Part shown: positions 39,106 through 51,051 of the stretch, one piece after another
Numbering within the stretch: the first letter of the stretch is position 1
How the letters are laid out: each line of letters begins with the position of its first letter
From: Burkholderiales bacterium
Lineage (GTDB): Bacteria > Pseudomonadota > Gammaproteobacteria > Burkholderiales > JACQAP01
Assembly (NCBI GenBank): GCA_036274775.1
Contig: DASUFB010000029.1
Location: 37,218 to 101,217 of the forward strand
DNA length: 64,000 bases
Direction of reading: 5' to 3'
Translations under genes and position numbers: made by a program
The notes under the pieces: generated by a model
Told to the model about the DNA's origin: nothing
What the model saw: the letters and a program-made list of their open reading frames with translations, nothing else
The model's database searches: none

Positions 39106-40629
39106 CTAGGCCGGCCAGCGCAGGACGACGAGCAGCAGGACGAGCAGCAGCCCGGCCAGGGTCCAGCCCAGCATCCTGTCCTGGCGGCGCTGGCGCGCCG
39201 CCAGGACGGCGATGAGTGCCTGCTGCACCGGGTCGCCATGGCCCGCGAGCGCCCGGTGCAGCAACCGCGGCAGCTGCGGCAGCAGGGTGGCCCATTGCGG
39301 CGCCTCGGCAGCGATGCCGCGCGTGAGCGCCCGCCAGCCGGCCTGCTCGGACATCCAGCGCTCGAGGTAGGGCTTGGCCGTGGCCCACAGGTCGAGATCG
39401 GGATCGAGCTCACGCCCCAGCCCCTCGATGTTCAGCAGCGTCTTCTGCAGCAGCACGAGCTGCGGCTGCACCTCGATGTTGAAGCGCCGCGAGGTCTGGA
39501 ACAGCCGCAGCAGCACCCTGCCGAAGGAGATCTCCTTCAGCGGCTTGTCGAAGATCGGCTCGCAGACCGCGCGGATCGCCGTCTCGAACTCCTCCAGCCG
39601 CGTGCCGGCCGGTATCCAGCCCGACTCGAGGTGGATGCGTGCCACGCGCCGGTAGTCGCGCCGGAAAAACGCCAGGAAGTTCTGCGCCAGGTAGCTCTTG
39701 TCGGTCTCGCTGAGCGAGCCCATGATGCCGAAGTCGAGCGCGACGTAGCGCCCGTCGGACGCGACCAGGATGTTGCCGGGATGCATGTCGGCGTGGAAGA
39801 AGCCGTCGCGGAACACCTGCGTGAAGAAGATTTCGACGCCGGCGCGCGCGAGCTTCGGGATGTCGATGCCCTGGCTGCGCAGCCTGGCCACCTGGCTGAT
39901 GGGCGTGCCGAACATGCGTTCCATGACCATGACCTCGGTCCCGCAGTAGTCCCAGAACACCTCGGGCACGATCAGCAGCGGCGAGCCCTCGAAGTTGCGG
40001 CGCAGCTGGCTGGCGTTGGCCGCCTCGCGCAACAGGTCGAGCTCGTCCGCGAGGTGGCGCTCGAACTCGGCCACGACCTCGCGCGGCTTGAGCCGGCGGC
40101 CGTCGGCCCACAGCTTCTCCATGAGCCCGGCCGCCACGTTGAGCAGCGCGACGTCCTCGGCGATCACCGGCGCGATGCCGGGCCTGAGCACCTTCACGGC
40201 CACCTCGCGTCCGCCGGGCAGCACCGCGAGGTGGACCTGCGCGACCGAGGCGCTGGCGATGGCCTCGGCGTCGAAACGCTCGAACACCTCGCCCACCGGC
40301 CGGCGGTAGGTGCGCTCCAGCGTGCGGTAGACCTGCGCGGCCGGAAACGGCGGCACGCGATCCTGGAGCTTCGCAAGCTCGTCGGCGATGTCGAGCGGCA
40401 CGAGGTCGCGGCGCGTGGACAGCACCTGGCCGAACTTCACGAAGATCGGGCCCAGCGCCTCCAGCGCGAGGCGCAGGCGCTCGCCGCGCGGGCGGTCGAG
40501 CCGGCGCCAGAACAGCATGGTCTTGATGAGCGGGCGCAGGCCACGCACGCGCTCGTGGCCGAGAAAAAACTCCTCGAGGCCGTAGCGCAGCGACACGCGC
40601 AGGATCTTCGCCAGTCGCAGCAGGTGCAT
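39106..40629 (-). CDS. ubiB: Ubiquinone biosynthesis regulatory protein kinase UbiB
   Basis: 507 aa ABC1/UbiB kinase-like protein ([36 protein letters not shown]) with C-terminal TM segments. Confidence 0.92.
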   Translation of the reverse strand: MHLLRLAKILRVSLRYGLEEFFLGHERVRGLRPLIKTMLFWRRLDRPRGERLRLALEALGPIFVKFGQVLSTRRDLVPLDIADELAKLQDRVPPFPAAQVYRTLERTYRRPVGEVFERFDAEAIASASVAQVHLAVLPGGREVAVKVLRPGIAPVIAEDVALLNVAAGLMEKLWADGRRLKPREVVAEFERHLADELDLLREAANASQLRRNFEGSPLLIVPEVFWDYCGTEVMVMERMFGTPISQVARLRSQGIDIPKLARAGVEIFFTQVFRDGFFHADMHPGNILVASDGRYVALDFGIMGSLSETDKSYLAQNFLAFFRRDYRRVARIHLESGWIPAGTRLEEFETAIRAVCEPIFDKPLKEISFGRVLLRLFQTSRRFNIEVQPQLVLLQKTLLNIEGLGRELDPDLDLWATAKPYLERWMSEQAGWRALTRGIAAEAPQWATLLPQLPRLLHRALAGHGDPVQQALIAVLAARQRRQDRMLGWTLAGLLLVLLLVVLRWPA

Positions 40630-40641
40630 GCGCGGGGTCGC

Positions 40642-41250
40642 TCAGCCGACGGGCAGGAGGCGCTGCAGGCGCTCGATGCGCTTGTCCAGGCGCTCGGCCG
40701 CATCGCGCAGTTCGTCGACGCCGCGCACGAACTCGGCCGCCTGCAGCGGCGTCACCAGCAGGCGGCTTTCCTCGGTCAGGTATTCGGCGAGGCCCGCCGC
40801 GGCGCTGCTCGCCGCCCGCTTCGGCCATGCCGCCGCGGCGCGCGCGGCGCGCCCCATGCGGTGTGCGGCCACGTCCCCGACTGCGCGGCTCAGGTCTTCC
40901 TCGGCGTCCCACTTCAGGTTGGCCGCGAGCCGCGCGATGTCCGCCGCGAAAGCCGTGTCTCCGCTCACGCCGGCGCGGCGCCAGGCATCCTCGCCTTCGG
41001 CGACGATGCGCAGGGCGGTCGCCGCATCGAGCCGGATCACGACCGCCGGGTCGGCGTCGTCAGGCGCCGGTTCCAGCGTGCCGGCCGCGGTCGCCATCGC
41101 CGCGACGCGCAGCGGGAACAGCTCGATGACGGCCGTCCTGCCCGCGTGCGCGGCCAGGATATCGCGCGCCCAGCCTTCGGCGGCGAGCAGGTGATTCACG
41201 AACGCGACGAAGGGCGCGGTAACCACGACGTCAGAACCGGTGGCCCACAT
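40642..41250 (-). CDS. ubiJ: Ubiquinone biosynthesis accessory factor UbiJ (SCP2 domain)
   Basis: About 200 aa between ubiE and ubiB with an SCP2-like N-terminus. The exact start is uncertain (overlaps the ubiE 3' end). Confidence 0.7.
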   Translation of the reverse strand: MWATGSDVVVTAPFVAFVNHLLAAEGWARDILAAHAGRTAVIELFPLRVAAMATAAGTLEPAPDDADPAVVIRLDAATALRIVAEGEDAWRRAGVSGDTAFAADIARLAANLKWDAEEDLSRAVGDVAAHRMGRAARAAAAWPKRAASSAAAGLAEYLTEESRLLVTPLQAAEFVRGVDELRDAAERLDKRIERLQRLLPVG

Positions 41251-41992
41251 GCAGGGCGACGACGCCGGCAGCGAGGTTGTAGTACCGCACGCGCTCGCAT
41301 CCCGCCTGCTCCATGAGGGCTTTCAGCTCCTCCTGGTCCGGGTGCCGGCGGATGGACTCGGCAAGGTAGCGATAGCTGTCGGCGTCACCGGCGACGAGCC
41401 TGCCCAGCCAGGGCAGCACGTTGAACGAATACGCGTCATACGCCGGCCGCAGCGGCGCCCATACGCGCGAGAACTCCAGCACCAGCACGCGCCCGCCGGC
41501 CCGCACTACGCGTGCCATCTCCGCGAGCGCGAGCGGCTTGTGCGTCATGTTGCGCAGCCCGAAGGCGGTGATCGCGCAGTCGAAGTAGGCGTCCGGCAGC
41601 GGCAGGCGCTCCGCGTCGCACTGCACGGCGGGCACGATGCGGCCCGCGTCGAGCAGGCGGTCGCGGCCGCGGCCGAGCATGTCGGCGTTGATGTCGGTCA
41701 GCCAGACCTCGCCCTGCGGGCCGACGCGCGGGGCGAACAGCGCGCTCATGTCGCCGGTGCCGCCGGCCACGTCGAGCACGCGGCCGCCGCGGCGCACGCC
41801 GCTCAGTTCCACGGCGAAGCGTTTCCACAGCCGGTGCAGGCCGCCGGACATGAGGTCGTTCATGAGGTCGTACCTGCCTGCCACGGAGCTGAACACGCCG
41901 GCGACCTTCGCGGCCTTCTCGCCCTCGCGCACCTCGCGGAAGCCGAAGTCCGTCGTGCCTGCCGCCTCCGGCGGCTGGTTTTGCGTCGTCAT
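41231..41992 (-). CDS. ubiE: Ubiquinone/menaquinone C-methyltransferase UbiE
   Basis: 253 aa. [25 protein letters not shown] and SAM motif [10 protein letters not shown]. Confidence 0.93.
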   Translation of the reverse strand: MTTQNQPPEAAGTTDFGFREVREGEKAAKVAGVFSSVAGRYDLMNDLMSGGLHRLWKRFAVELSGVRRGGRVLDVAGGTGDMSALFAPRVGPQGEVWLTDINADMLGRGRDRLLDAGRIVPAVQCDAERLPLPDAYFDCAITAFGLRNMTHKPLALAEMARVVRAGGRVLVLEFSRVWAPLRPAYDAYSFNVLPWLGRLVAGDADSYRYLAESIRRHPDQEELKALMEQAGCERVRYYNLAAGVVALHVGHRF

Positions 41993-42008
41993 GGGTGGCC
42001 GCCCGCGC

Positions 42009-42434
42009 TCAGATCTTCTTCCATCCCGTCCTCGCGCCCGCCTCGGGAGCGGCGGCCGCTTCGGGCTCGCGTGCGAGGCCTTCCAGCGCGAGCTTTTCGA
42101 GGTAGCGCTGCCAGAGCTGGGCCTGCCGCACGCCGAGATCGTACAGGTAGTCCCAGGAATACAGTCCGGTGTCGTGACCGTCGCTGAACACGAGCTTGAC
42201 CGCGTAGTTGCCCACCGGCTCGATCGCGGTGATCGACACGTCCTTCTTGCCTGCCTGCAGGACTTCCTGGCCGGGACCGTGCCCGCGCACCTCCGCCGAG
42301 GGCGAATAGACGCGCAGGTACTCGCAGGGCAGCCGGAACGTCCTGCCGTCGTCGAAGCCGATCTCGACGATGCGTGACTGGGCGTGCAATTTGATCTCGA
42401 CGGGACGCGGCGTCCCGGGCTGGAGTCCGGCCAT
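42009..42434 (-). CDS. DUF971 (gamma-butyrobetaine hydroxylase-like N-terminal domain) protein
   Basis: 141 aa. [15 protein letters not shown]...[27 protein letters not shown]. Confidence 0.75.
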   Translation of the reverse strand: MAGLQPGTPRPVEIKLHAQSRIVEIGFDDGRTFRLPCEYLRVYSPSAEVRGHGPGQEVLQAGKKDVSITAIEPVGNYAVKLVFSDGHDTGLYSWDYLYDLGVRQAQLWQRYLEKLALEGLAREPEAAAAPEAGARTGWKKI

Positions 42435-42590
42435 GGCGGCTAAGGGGTCATTGCGACATCGGTCAGGCCGCCATGATAACCGGCGCCGGGGTGTCCCACG
42501 GCGGCGGGCGCCGTGCCGTGACGTTCACGAGCTTGTAACATTTGCTTCATAGGATTGCAAACGTCCAAATCGAGAGGAAGAAACCCTTTC

Positions 42591-43277
42591 ATGGCGGCAA
42601 CCATCCTCGTGGTCGAAGACGAGCCGGCAATCCAGGAGCTGATCGCCTACAACCTGAAGCAGGCCGGCCACCAGCCCCTGCGCGCCGACAACGCCGAGCA
42701 GGCGGCCAACCTCGTCGCCAACGCGCTGCCCGACCTGGTGCTGCTCGACTGGATGCTGCCGGGCCAGTCAGGCATCGAGTTCGCGCGGCGCCTGCGCGCC
42801 GACAAGCGCACGCGCACCATACCGATCATCATGCTGACCGCGCGCTCCGACGAGCAGGACAAGCTGCAGGGCCTGGAGACCGGCGCCGACGACTACATCA
42901 CCAAGCCGTTCTCGCCGCGCGAGCTCAACGCGCGCATCAAGGCCGTGCTGCGCCGGCGCGCCCCGGAGATGACCGACGACACGGTGGAGCTCGGCGGGCT
43001 CAGGCTCGATCCCGCCAGCCACCGCGTGACCGGCAACGGCAAGACCGTGGAGCTCGGGCCGACCGAGTTCCGCCTGCTGCATTTCCTGATGACGCATGCC
43101 GAGCGCGTGCACTCGCGCACGCAGCTGCTCGACCAGGTCTGGGGAGACCACGTGTTCGTCGAGGAACGCACGGTCGACGTGCACATCCGCCGGCTGCGCA
43201 AGGCGCTCGAGCCCGTTCGGCTCGACGGCCTGGTGCAGACCGTGCGCGGCACCGGCTACCGGTTCTCGGCGGGCTGA
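42591..43277 (+). CDS. phoB: Phosphate regulon response regulator PhoB
   Basis: ATG at 42591 ([18 protein letters not shown]...). OmpR-type winged helix ([11 protein letters not shown]). Followed by phoR. Confidence 0.9.
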   Translation: MAATILVVEDEPAIQELIAYNLKQAGHQPLRADNAEQAANLVANALPDLVLLDWMLPGQSGIEFARRLRADKRTRTIPIIMLTARSDEQDKLQGLETGADDYITKPFSPRELNARIKAVLRRRAPEMTDDTVELGGLRLDPASHRVTGNGKTVELGPTEFRLLHFLMTHAERVHSRTQLLDQVWGDHVFVEERTVDVHIRRLRKALEPVRLDGLVQTVRGTGYRFSAG

Positions 43278-43354
43278 GGCACCGCAGGCGGGATGGCGCG
43301 GGATTCTGCGATAATTCCGGCCGGCTCTTACCGGGAACGAAGCCCTTGAAGCCC

Positions 43355-44674
43355 ATGTGGGGCAGGCCGCTGTACCCAGTCCTGCTCGCCGGCTGCGCGG
43401 CGCTGGTGTGCTGGCCGGTACTGGGAACCCAGGGCGCGCTGGCCGTGCTGGGCGTCGCGCTGGTCGGCCTGCTGCTGCACCACCTGCGCAACCTGTCGCA
43501 TCTCTACCGCTGGTCGCAACGCCCGCAGCTCGAGACGCTGCCCACCGGCACCGGCGCCTGGGAGTATCTGTCCTCCCACCTGCTGAGGATGCTCAAGCAG
43601 CAGCGCGCCACCGAGACGCGGCTCGGCGAGGCGCTGTCGCGATTCCAGCTCGCCGGCGCCGCGCTGCCGGACGCCGTGGTCATCCTCGACACCTCCGGAC
43701 GCATCGAATGGTGCAACCCCAGGGCGGAGGAATACTTCGGGCTGGACAACCGGCGCGACACCGGCCAGCAGATCACCTACATCGTGCGCAACCCGCAATT
43801 CGTCGAATACCTCTCGGCCAATACCGGCGAGCCGCTGGTGCTGAAGGTCCTGCGCCGCGAGGGCGAGATGATGCTGGCGGTGCAGCAGGTGCCCTACGGC
43901 GGCAACCGCCGGCTCGTGCTCGGCCGCGACATCACGCGCTGGGAGAGGCTGGAAACCACGCGGCGCGACTTCGTCGCGAACGTCTCCCACGAACTGCGCA
44001 CGCCGCTCACGGTCGTCGGCGGCTTCCTGGAGACGCTGGAAGACATGGACAAGCCCGACCCGGAGATGACCCGCCGTGCGCTCGAGCTCATGCGCCAGCA
44101 GACCAGCCGCATGACGCGCCTGGTGGAGGACCTGCTCACGCTGTCGCGCCTCGAAAGCACGCAGAACCCGCTGCGCGAGGAGGACGTCGACGTGCCGGAG
44201 ATGCTGCGCGCGCTCTATCAGGATGCGCAGGTGCTCTCGGGGGGGCGCCACCGCATCCGCATCGCGCTCGACAGCGGCGAGTGGCTCAAGGGCAGCACCG
44301 AGGAGCTGCGCAGCGCCTTCGGCAACCTGATCAGCAACGCCGTGCGCTACACGCCGGAGCGCGGCGAGATCGAGATCCGCTGGGGCGTGCGCGACGGCCA
44401 CCTGACCTTCTCCGTGCAGGACACCGGCATCGGCATCGAGCCGCAGCACATCGACCGGCTCACCGAGCGCTTCTACCGCGTGGACCGCAGCCGCTCGCGC
44501 GAGACCGGCGGCACCGGTCTGGGGCTCGCGATCGTCAAGCACGTGCTCAGCCGCCACAACGCCAGGCTCGACATCCGCAGCACGCCGGGCAAGGGCAGCA
44601 CATTTTCCTCCGTCTTCCCGGACACCCGCCGCGTGTCCGCGAGCCACCCGCTCAGCGCCGGCGCCTCGGCCTAG
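43355..44674 (+). CDS. phoR: Phosphate regulon sensor kinase PhoR
   Basis: ATG at 43355. N-terminal TM pair, PAS domain (AVVILDTSGRIEWCNPRAEEYFGL), H-box FVANVSHELRTPLT, HATPase GTGLGLAIVKHV. Confidence 0.9.
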   Translation: MWGRPLYPVLLAGCAALVCWPVLGTQGALAVLGVALVGLLLHHLRNLSHLYRWSQRPQLETLPTGTGAWEYLSSHLLRMLKQQRATETRLGEALSRFQLAGAALPDAVVILDTSGRIEWCNPRAEEYFGLDNRRDTGQQITYIVRNPQFVEYLSANTGEPLVLKVLRREGEMMLAVQQVPYGGNRRLVLGRDITRWERLETTRRDFVANVSHELRTPLTVVGGFLETLEDMDKPDPEMTRRALELMRQQTSRMTRLVEDLLTLSRLESTQNPLREEDVDVPEMLRALYQDAQVLSGGRHRIRIALDSGEWLKGSTEELRSAFGNLISNAVRYTPERGEIEIRWGVRDGHLTFSVQDTGIGIEPQHIDRLTERFYRVDRSRSRETGGTGLGLAIVKHVLSRHNARLDIRSTPGKGSTFSSVFPDTRRVSASHPLSAGASA

Positions 44675-45117
44675 CGCGGCTCCAGCAACTCCTCGAGCCG
44701 CTTGCGCAGCGCCCTGCCGAAGCCCGCGGGCAGCGGGCGCCCCGGCCGGGGCTTCCTCTGGGCCCAGACCGCGTCGGGAAAATGCGGATCGTCCGCGAAG
44801 CGCGGGATGACGTGCCAGTGCAGGTGCGGGACCATGTTCCCGAAGCTCGCGAGGTTGACCTTGTCGGGCGACAGCAGCTCGCGCAGCGCCTGCTCCACGG
44901 CGTAGACCGCCTCCATGAGCCGCGCGCGCTGCGCTGGCGGCAAATCCGTCATCTCCCTCACGTGCGCATCGAGGATCACGCGGCAGAAGCCCGGATGGTC
45001 CGCGTCGCCGGCCAGCACCACGCGTGCGAAACCGTCGTCGCGCAGCACCTCGCCGCCGGGCTGCAGGCACAGCACGCAGGCGGCCTGCGCTTTTGCGGGA
45101 GGGTCGTTCGTCGCCAC
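44671..45117 (-). CDS. HIT family (histidine triad) protein
   Basis: 148 aa with the HLHWHVIPR triad. Its stop overlaps the phoR stop in CTAG. Confidence 0.85.
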   Translation of the reverse strand: MATNDPPAKAQAACVLCLQPGGEVLRDDGFARVVLAGDADHPGFCRVILDAHVREMTDLPPAQRARLMEAVYAVEQALRELLSPDKVNLASFGNMVPHLHWHVIPRFADDPHFPDAVWAQRKPRPGRPLPAGFGRALRKRLEELLEPR

Positions 45118-45310
45118 GGCTGAACTCTACCAGCGTCGCGGCCGCGCTTCACGGAAAGCCACGGCGGCCGCATCGAAGGCACGCAGCCCGTCTCCCGGTT
45201 CGCTTGCACGGCTTGCCGCAACGAGGGGAATGGAGCATCCTTGCGCGCACCACGATCCGCTGGAACCACTGCTCCTCATGCGCCCGGCCTCGTACCGCTG
45301 GATCACGCCG

Positions 45311-46918
45311 ATGCGTCTGCTGCGGTCCCTCCTTCTCGCCGTCCTCGCCGTGGCGTGCGCAGCGCCGCTCCCGGCCGAGGAAACCGCGTCGCTGCAAAGC
45401 ACCCCGGTCGTCATCGCCAACCGCACCATCATCCGGCTGCGCGGCCCGATCGCCGGCTATTCGGCCGCGGAGCGCGCGGCGGACGCCAGGCAGCGCATCG
45501 AGGAAGCCCTGGAAGTCAATTCCCGTCCGGAGATCTCCTTTTCCGACTTCGAAGGCGCGACCCGGGTGCTGGTCGGCGGCAAGCACGCCTTCCTCGTGAC
45601 CAAGGCGGACATCGACGCCCAGGCCGGCGAAACCACGCAGTTCCTGGCGCACGAAGCCGGGCAGCGGCTGGAGCTTGCCTTCGCCGCGCGCCAGGAACAG
45701 GCCTCCCCGCGCTACCTCGCGGTCGCGGCGGCACTCGCGTTCGCCGCTACCGTGGCCTATGTCTTCGCGCTCTGGCTGCTCCATCGCGCCGGCCGCTGGC
45801 TCGGGCGGCTCGCTTCCGCGATGGCGGAGAGGCACGCAAAGAAGCTGCAGCTGCGCGGCGCGACGGCCGTGGCCCGGCGCATCGTCCTTGCCGCAGCCTG
45901 GATCGTGACCGCCCTCGTCACCATCGTCTGGCTGGCTTTCGTGCTGGAGCGCTTTCCCTACACCCGCACATGGGGCGAGCATCTCGCGAGCAACCTGTTC
46001 AACGTCGCGTGGCAGATCGGGTCGGCGATCCTGGGAGCGCTGCCGGGGCTGTTCCTGGTCGCGGTCATCTTCCTGCTGACGCGCGCGCTCATCGCCGTGG
46101 CGACGGCCTTCTTCGACCGCGTCGCGGACGGGCGCATCCGCGTGCGGTGGCTGGACGCCGACACGGTCAAGCCGACGCGCCGCATCTTCAGTTTCGTGGT
46201 CTGGGTTTTCGCGCTGGCGATGGCCTATCCCTATCTGCCGGGGGCGCAGACCGAGGCCTTCAAGGGCCTGTCGGTGCTGGTCGGCGTGATGATCTCGTTG
46301 GGCGGGGCGAGCGCCATCGGGCAGGCCTTCAGCGGCCTGATCCTGATGTACCTGCGCGCCTTCCGCAGCGGGGACTACGTGCGCATCGGCGAGACCGAAG
46401 GAACGGTGGTGGACCTCGGCATGTTCGCCACGCGCATCCGCACCGGGCTCGGCGAGGAGATCATCCTGCCGAATGCGACCGTGATGACGACGTCCACGAC
46501 GAATTTCTCGAGTGTCAGGCCCGAAGCGGGCTTCGTGATCGACACCAGGGTGACCGTCGGCTACTCGACGCCCTGGCGCCAGGTGCAGGCCATGCTGGAG
46601 GAAGCGGCCGCACGGACGCCGGACATCGCCGCGGATCCGGCGCCCTTCGTGCGCCAGACGGCGCTGTCGGATTTCTACGTGGCGTACCGGCTGGTGGCCC
46701 ACACTCCCGTGGAGGGGCCGGATGCCCGCGTCGACGTCCTGAGCCAGCTGAACGCGAACATCCTGGACGTATTCAACGAGCACGGGGTGCAGATCATGTC
46801 GCCGCACTACTTCAACGACCCCGCGCATCCGCAGATCGTGCCGAAGGACAAGTGGTTCGCCGCGCCGGCCAGGCCGCCGGAATCTCAGCAACCTGACACT
46901 CACCGCGGAGGACGCTAA
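45311..46918 (+). CDS. Mechanosensitive ion channel family protein (MscS-like) with periplasmic N-terminal domain
   Basis: ATG at 45311 (MRLLRSLLLAVLAVACAAP, signal peptide). TM region and MscS beta-domain (GDYVRIGETEGTVVDLGMFATRIRT...ILPNATV). Confidence 0.8.
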   Translation: MRLLRSLLLAVLAVACAAPLPAEETASLQSTPVVIANRTIIRLRGPIAGYSAAERAADARQRIEEALEVNSRPEISFSDFEGATRVLVGGKHAFLVTKADIDAQAGETTQFLAHEAGQRLELAFAARQEQASPRYLAVAAALAFAATVAYVFALWLLHRAGRWLGRLASAMAERHAKKLQLRGATAVARRIVLAAAWIVTALVTIVWLAFVLERFPYTRTWGEHLASNLFNVAWQIGSAILGALPGLFLVAVIFLLTRALIAVATAFFDRVADGRIRVRWLDADTVKPTRRIFSFVVWVFALAMAYPYLPGAQTEAFKGLSVLVGVMISLGGASAIGQAFSGLILMYLRAFRSGDYVRIGETEGTVVDLGMFATRIRTGLGEEIILPNATVMTTSTTNFSSVRPEAGFVIDTRVTVGYSTPWRQVQAMLEEAAARTPDIAADPAPFVRQTALSDFYVAYRLVAHTPVEGPDARVDVLSQLNANILDVFNEHGVQIMSPHYFNDPAHPQIVPKDKWFAAPARPPESQQPDTHRGGR

Positions 46919-47159
46919 AGCAGTACGCGCTCGATGCCGCCGTTATTGACCTTGGTAACGTAGTCGGCCATCCAGTTCTCTCCGAGAACATGGCTTGCTT
47001 TTTAGTTCCGGCCGCTGCGCTTAACGCAGGCGAAGCCTGCATTAGCCTCCACTGAATCGCGCTTGGGAGATGCCAGAGACTACAGCAGTACGCGCTCGAT
47101 GCCGCCGTTATTGACCTTGGTAACGTAGTCGGCCATCCAGTTCTCTCCGAGAACATGGC
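46915..47159. repeat. 80-bp direct duplication (46915-46994 and 47080-47159) of the oxidase gene 3' end, flanking an 85-bp insert
   Basis: The copies match at 79 of 80 positions. The single difference is A at 46918 against C at 47083. Copy 2 is the real gene end (…[11 protein letters not shown] stop). Copy 1 sits downstream and contains the TAA stop of the convergent MscS-like gene. Confidence 0.95.
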
Positions 47160-50100
47160 GCGCGATTTCAACCACGATGTAATCCGCGTCGACGTTCGCG
47201 TCGTCACGGTAGCGCGCCAGGCCCTGCAGGCAGGACGGACAGGAGGTGAGCACCTTCACCGCGCCCTCGTGGCCGCCCGCACGGATCGCGGCCGCACCTT
47301 TCTGCATCTCTTCCTGCTTGCGGAAGCGCACCTGCGTGGAGATGTCCGGACGCGTGACGGCAAAGGTGCCTGACTCGCCGCAGCAGCGGTCGTTGAGCCT
47401 GACTTCCGAGCCCATGAGCTGGCTCACGACCTTGATGGGCTGGTAGGTCTTCATCGGCGTGTGACAGGGGTCGTGATACAGGTAGCGCACGCCGGTCACG
47501 CCGTCGAGCTTCACGCCCTTCTCCAGCAGGTACTCGTGGATGTCGAGCAGGCGGCAGCCCGGGAAGATCTTGTCGAATTCGTATTTCTGCAGCTGGTCCA
47601 TGCAGGTGCCGCACGACACGACCACCGTCTTGATGTCGAGGTAATTGAGCGTGTTGGCCACGCGGTGGAACAGCACGCGGTTGTCGGTGCTGATCTTGTG
47701 GCCCTTCTCCGCTTCGCCCGCGGAGGTCTGCGGATACCCGCAGCAGAGATAGCCCGGCGGCAGCACGGTCACTGCGCCGACCTCGTAGAGCATGGCCTGG
47801 GTGGCGAGCCCCACCTGGCCGAACAGGCGCTCGCTGCCGCAGCCCGGGAAATAGAACACCGCGTCGGAATCCTCGCCCGTCTTTTTCGGGTCGCGGATCA
47901 CGGGCACGATGCGGTTGTCCTCGATGTCGAGCAGCGCGCGCGAGGTCTTCTTCGGCAGGCCGCCGGGCATGGGCTTGTTGATGAAATGGATGACCTGCGC
48001 CTTGACCGGCGGCTTGCCCGGCGTCGCCGGCGGATGCTTCACCTGCGGCTGCACCAGCCCCAGCGCCTTGCCGGCGCGGTGCGCGGCGCGCTGCGCGCGA
48101 TAGCCCAGTCCCACCATGACGGCCCGCGCGGCCTTGATCGTGCCGGGATCGGTGGCATTGAGGAACAGCATCGAGGCCGCCGTGCCGGGATTGAATTTCT
48201 TCTTGCCCTGCCGGCGCAGGAAGTTGCGCATGGCGATCGACACGTCGCCGAAGTCGATGTCCACCGGACAGGGGTTCAGGCACTTGTGGCAGACGGTGCA
48301 ATGGTCGGCAACGTCGGAGAATTCGTCGAAATGCTTGAGCGAGATGCCGCGGCGCGTCTGCTCCTCGTACAGGAAGGCCTCGATCAGCAGCGAGGTCGCG
48401 AGGATCTTGTTGCGCGGCGAGTAGAGCAGGTTCGCGCGAGGCACGTGGGTGGAGCATACCGGCTTGCACTTGCCGCAGCGCAGGCAATCCTTGATCGAAT
48501 CCGAGATCTCGCCGATGGCGCTCTGCTCGAGGATCAGGCTCTCCAGCTCGAGCAGGTTGAAGCTCGGGGTGTAGGCCTTGTCGAGGTTGCCGCCGGCGAG
48601 CAGCTTGCCGCGGTTGAAGTGCCCCTGCGGGTCGACGCGCTTCTTGTAGTCCGTGAACGCCTGGATCTCCCCGGGCTGCAGGTAGTCGAGCTTGGTGATG
48701 CCGATGCCGTGCTCGCCCGAGATCACGCCGCCGAGCGACCGCGCCAGCTTCATGATGCGCGCCACCGCGACGTTGGCCTCGTTGAGCATCGCGTAATCGT
48801 CCGAATTGACGGGGATGTTGGTGTGCACGTTGCCGTCGCCCGCGTGCATGTGCAGGGCCACGAACAGCCGGCTTTTCAGGATGCGCTTGTGGATCGCATT
48901 GATCTCGGCCCGGATCGGCTCGAAGGCGCGGCCATCGAAGACCCGCATCAGCGGCTCGCGGGCTTCGGCCTTCCATGAAACGCGCAGAGCATGGCTCTGC
49001 AGGGCCTGGAAGACGGTGATTGATGGCTGGTGCCCGGCTTCGCGGGGGACGGGGCTCTGCATCGCATCGAGCTCGCCGACCGGCGCATCGAGATGCCCGA
49101 GCATCCACTGCCAGCGGCTGCGCGTGGTGCGCACCAGTTCCAGCGCGACGGCGGGCCGGGCGCCCAGCAGCTCCCGCCATGCGCCCCTGTCGGTTTCCTG
49201 GTGCAGCGGCAGCTCGCCCTGGAAGAACTGCTCCAGCGCATCCATGAGCCGGATCTTGTTCTTCAGCGACAGCTCGATGTTGATGCGCTCGATGCCGTCG
49301 GAGTAATCGCCCAGGCGCTCCAGCGGGATCACCACGTCCTCGTTGATCTTGAAGGCGTTGGTGTGGCGCGCGATGGCAGCAGTGCGGGAGCGGTCGGCCC
49401 AGAACTGCTTGCGCGCCTCGGCCGACACGGCGATGAAGCCCTCGCCGCCACGCCCGTTGGCAATGCGCACGACTGCGGAGGCCGCCTCGCCGACGGTCCT
49501 GTCGTCGTCGCCGACGATGTCGGCGAGCAGCACCATCTTCGGGCGCCCGCCGCGCTTGGCCCTGGTGGCATAGCCCACTGCCTTCACATAGCGCTCGTCG
49601 AGGTGCTCGAGGCCGGCGAGGATGGCTCCGCCGGGCCGCGCGTCGAGATGCTTCTTGATCTCCACGATCGAGGGCACGGCCTGCGCGACCTGGCCGTAGA
49701 ACTCCAGGCACACGGTGCGGACGTGTTTCGGCATGCGGTGCAGGATGAAACGCGCCGAGGTGATGATGCCGTCGCAGCCCTCCTTCTGCACGCCGGGCAG
49801 GCCGGCGAGGAACTTGTCGGTGACGTCCTTGCCCAGGCCTTCCTTGCGGAACTTGCGCCCCGGCACCTCGAGTACCTGCGGCCCGGCCACCGGCATGCGG
49901 CCGTCCCTGCCGAAACGCGTGATGCGGAAGCGCACAAGCTCGGCATCGTGAATCTTGCCGAGGTTGTGGTCGATGCGCTCGACCAGCATCCACTCGGCGT
50001 CCGGCGTCACCATTTTCCAGGACACCAGGTTGTCGATCGCCGTGCCCCACAGCACGGCCTTCTTGCCGCCCGCATTCATGGCGATGTTGCCGCCGATGCA

Positions 50101-50958
50101 GGAGGCATCCGCCGAGGTCGGGTCCACCGCGAACACCAGCCCCGCGCCCTCCGCCGCTTCCATCACGCGCCGTGTCACCACGCCGGCGCCGCAATGGATG
50201 GTCGCCACGGGATCGGCGACCCCCGGCAGCGCGAGCATCTCGACCTCGCCGAGACGATCCAGCTTCTCGGTGTTGATCACGGCAGACATGCGATCGAGCG
50301 GCACGGCGCCGCCGGTGTAGCCGGTGCCGCCGCCGCGCGGAATGAGCGTGAGGCCCAGCTCGACGCAGGCCTCGACCAGAGGCTGCACCTCGTCCTCGGT
50401 ATCCGGGTGCAGCACGACGAAGGGATACTCGACGCGCCAGTCGGTGGCATCGGTCACGTGGGACACGCGCGCCAGCCCGTCGAAGGCGACGTTGTCGCGG
50501 CGGGTCACGCGTGAAAGCCGGCGCATGACCTTCCTGCGCAGCTCGGCGGTCTGCTCGAATTCACGCTCGAAGGCATCGACCGCGCGATGCGCGGCAGCCA
50601 GCAGCTGCTCGACCTTGTCCGCCACGCCTTCGGCATCGTTGCCTTCGCCACGTCGCGCCTCGATCTGGCGCAGGCGATGGCGCAGGGCCTCGACCAGCGC
50701 GTCGCGGCGCTTCGGATCGTCGAGCAGGTCGTCCTGCAGGTAAGGGTTGCGCTGCACGACCCAGATGTCGCCCAGCACCTCGTAGAGCATGCGCGCCGAG
50801 CGCCCCGTGCGGCGCTGGCTGCGCAACTCGTCCAGCAGCTGCCACATCGGCGCACCGAGCAGCCGGATGACGATCTCGCGGTCGGAGAACGAGGTGTAGT
50901 TGTACGGGATTTCGCGCAACCGCACGGCGGCGGACGCGAAGGGCGGAATCGGCTGCAT
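47080..50958 (-). CDS. Fused FAD-binding (GlcD-like) / Fe-S cluster (GlcF/CCG-domain) oxidoreductase with DUF3683-like N-terminus
   Basis: 1292 aa. FAD-binding PCMH domain ([10 protein letters not shown]), 4Fe-4S motif [11 protein letters not shown] ... [13 protein letters not shown]-terminal CCG repeats. Confidence 0.85.
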   Translation of the reverse strand: MQPIPPFASAAVRLREIPYNYTSFSDREIVIRLLGAPMWQLLDELRSQRRTGRSARMLYEVLGDIWVVQRNPYLQDDLLDDPKRRDALVEALRHRLRQIEARRGEGNDAEGVADKVEQLLAAAHRAVDAFEREFEQTAELRRKVMRRLSRVTRRDNVAFDGLARVSHVTDATDWRVEYPFVVLHPDTEDEVQPLVEACVELGLTLIPRGGGTGYTGGAVPLDRMSAVINTEKLDRLGEVEMLALPGVADPVATIHCGAGVVTRRVMEAAEGAGLVFAVDPTSADASCIGGNIAMNAGGKKAVLWGTAIDNLVSWKMVTPDAEWMLVERIDHNLGKIHDAELVRFRITRFGRDGRMPVAGPQVLEVPGRKFRKEGLGKDVTDKFLAGLPGVQKEGCDGIITSARFILHRMPKHVRTVCLEFYGQVAQAVPSIVEIKKHLDARPGGAILAGLEHLDERYVKAVGYATRAKRGGRPKMVLLADIVGDDDRTVGEAASAVVRIANGRGGEGFIAVSAEARKQFWADRSRTAAIARHTNAFKINEDVVIPLERLGDYSDGIERINIELSLKNKIRLMDALEQFFQGELPLHQETDRGAWRELLGARPAVALELVRTTRSRWQWMLGHLDAPVGELDAMQSPVPREAGHQPSITVFQALQSHALRVSWKAEAREPLMRVFDGRAFEPIRAEINAIHKRILKSRLFVALHMHAGDGNVHTNIPVNSDDYAMLNEANVAVARIMKLARSLGGVISGEHGIGITKLDYLQPGEIQAFTDYKKRVDPQGHFNRGKLLAGGNLDKAYTPSFNLLELESLILEQSAIGEISDSIKDCLRCGKCKPVCSTHVPRANLLYSPRNKILATSLLIEAFLYEEQTRRGISLKHFDEFSDVADHCTVCHKCLNPCPVDIDFGDVSIAMRNFLRRQGKKKFNPGTAASMLFLNATDPGTIKAARAVMVGLGYRAQRAAHRAGKALGLVQPQVKHPPATPGKPPVKAQVIHFINKPMPGGLPKKTSRALLDIEDNRIVPVIRDPKKTGEDSDAVFYFPGCGSERLFGQVGLATQAMLYEVGAVTVLPPGYLCCGYPQTSAGEAEKGHKISTDNRVLFHRVANTLNYLDIKTVVVSCGTCMDQLQKYEFDKIFPGCRLLDIHEYLLEKGVKLDGVTGVRYLYHDPCHTPMKTYQPIKVVSQLMGSEVRLNDRCCGESGTFAVTRPDISTQVRFRKQEEMQKGAAAIRAGGHEGAVKVLTSCPSCLQGLARYRDDANVDADYIVVEIARHVLGENWMADYVTKVNNGGIERVLL

Positions 50959-51051
50959 CTATGTAGGACGCGGTTACTGGAAAAGAATTCTACCGCGGCG
51001 CGGCAGATCCCAGACGGCCGGCGGCCGCCCATGCAAAGGCACAGCCAGCTC

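Noticed and set aside
46881-47079. Possible ninth variable-arm element (arms about 46882-46922 and 47038-47079) enclosing copy 1 of the 80-bp duplication
   Set aside because: Only the extremities pair (TCTC/GAGA and GGAGG..CTAA.GC). The middle of the putative arms does not align, which is too weak to call.
46915-47159. Diversity-generating retroelement template/variable repeat pair at the 3' end of the oxidase gene
   Set aside because: No reverse transcriptase or accessory gene lies nearby. The copies differ at a single synonymous position while many other adenines are unchanged, so there is no adenine-specific mutagenesis pattern.
46812-47207. 131-aa minus-strand ORF with an internally repeated peptide ([24 protein letters not shown] twice)
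   Set aside because: The repeated peptide is simply the 80-bp DNA duplication read in a non-native frame. The ORF overlaps the ends of two well-supported genes.
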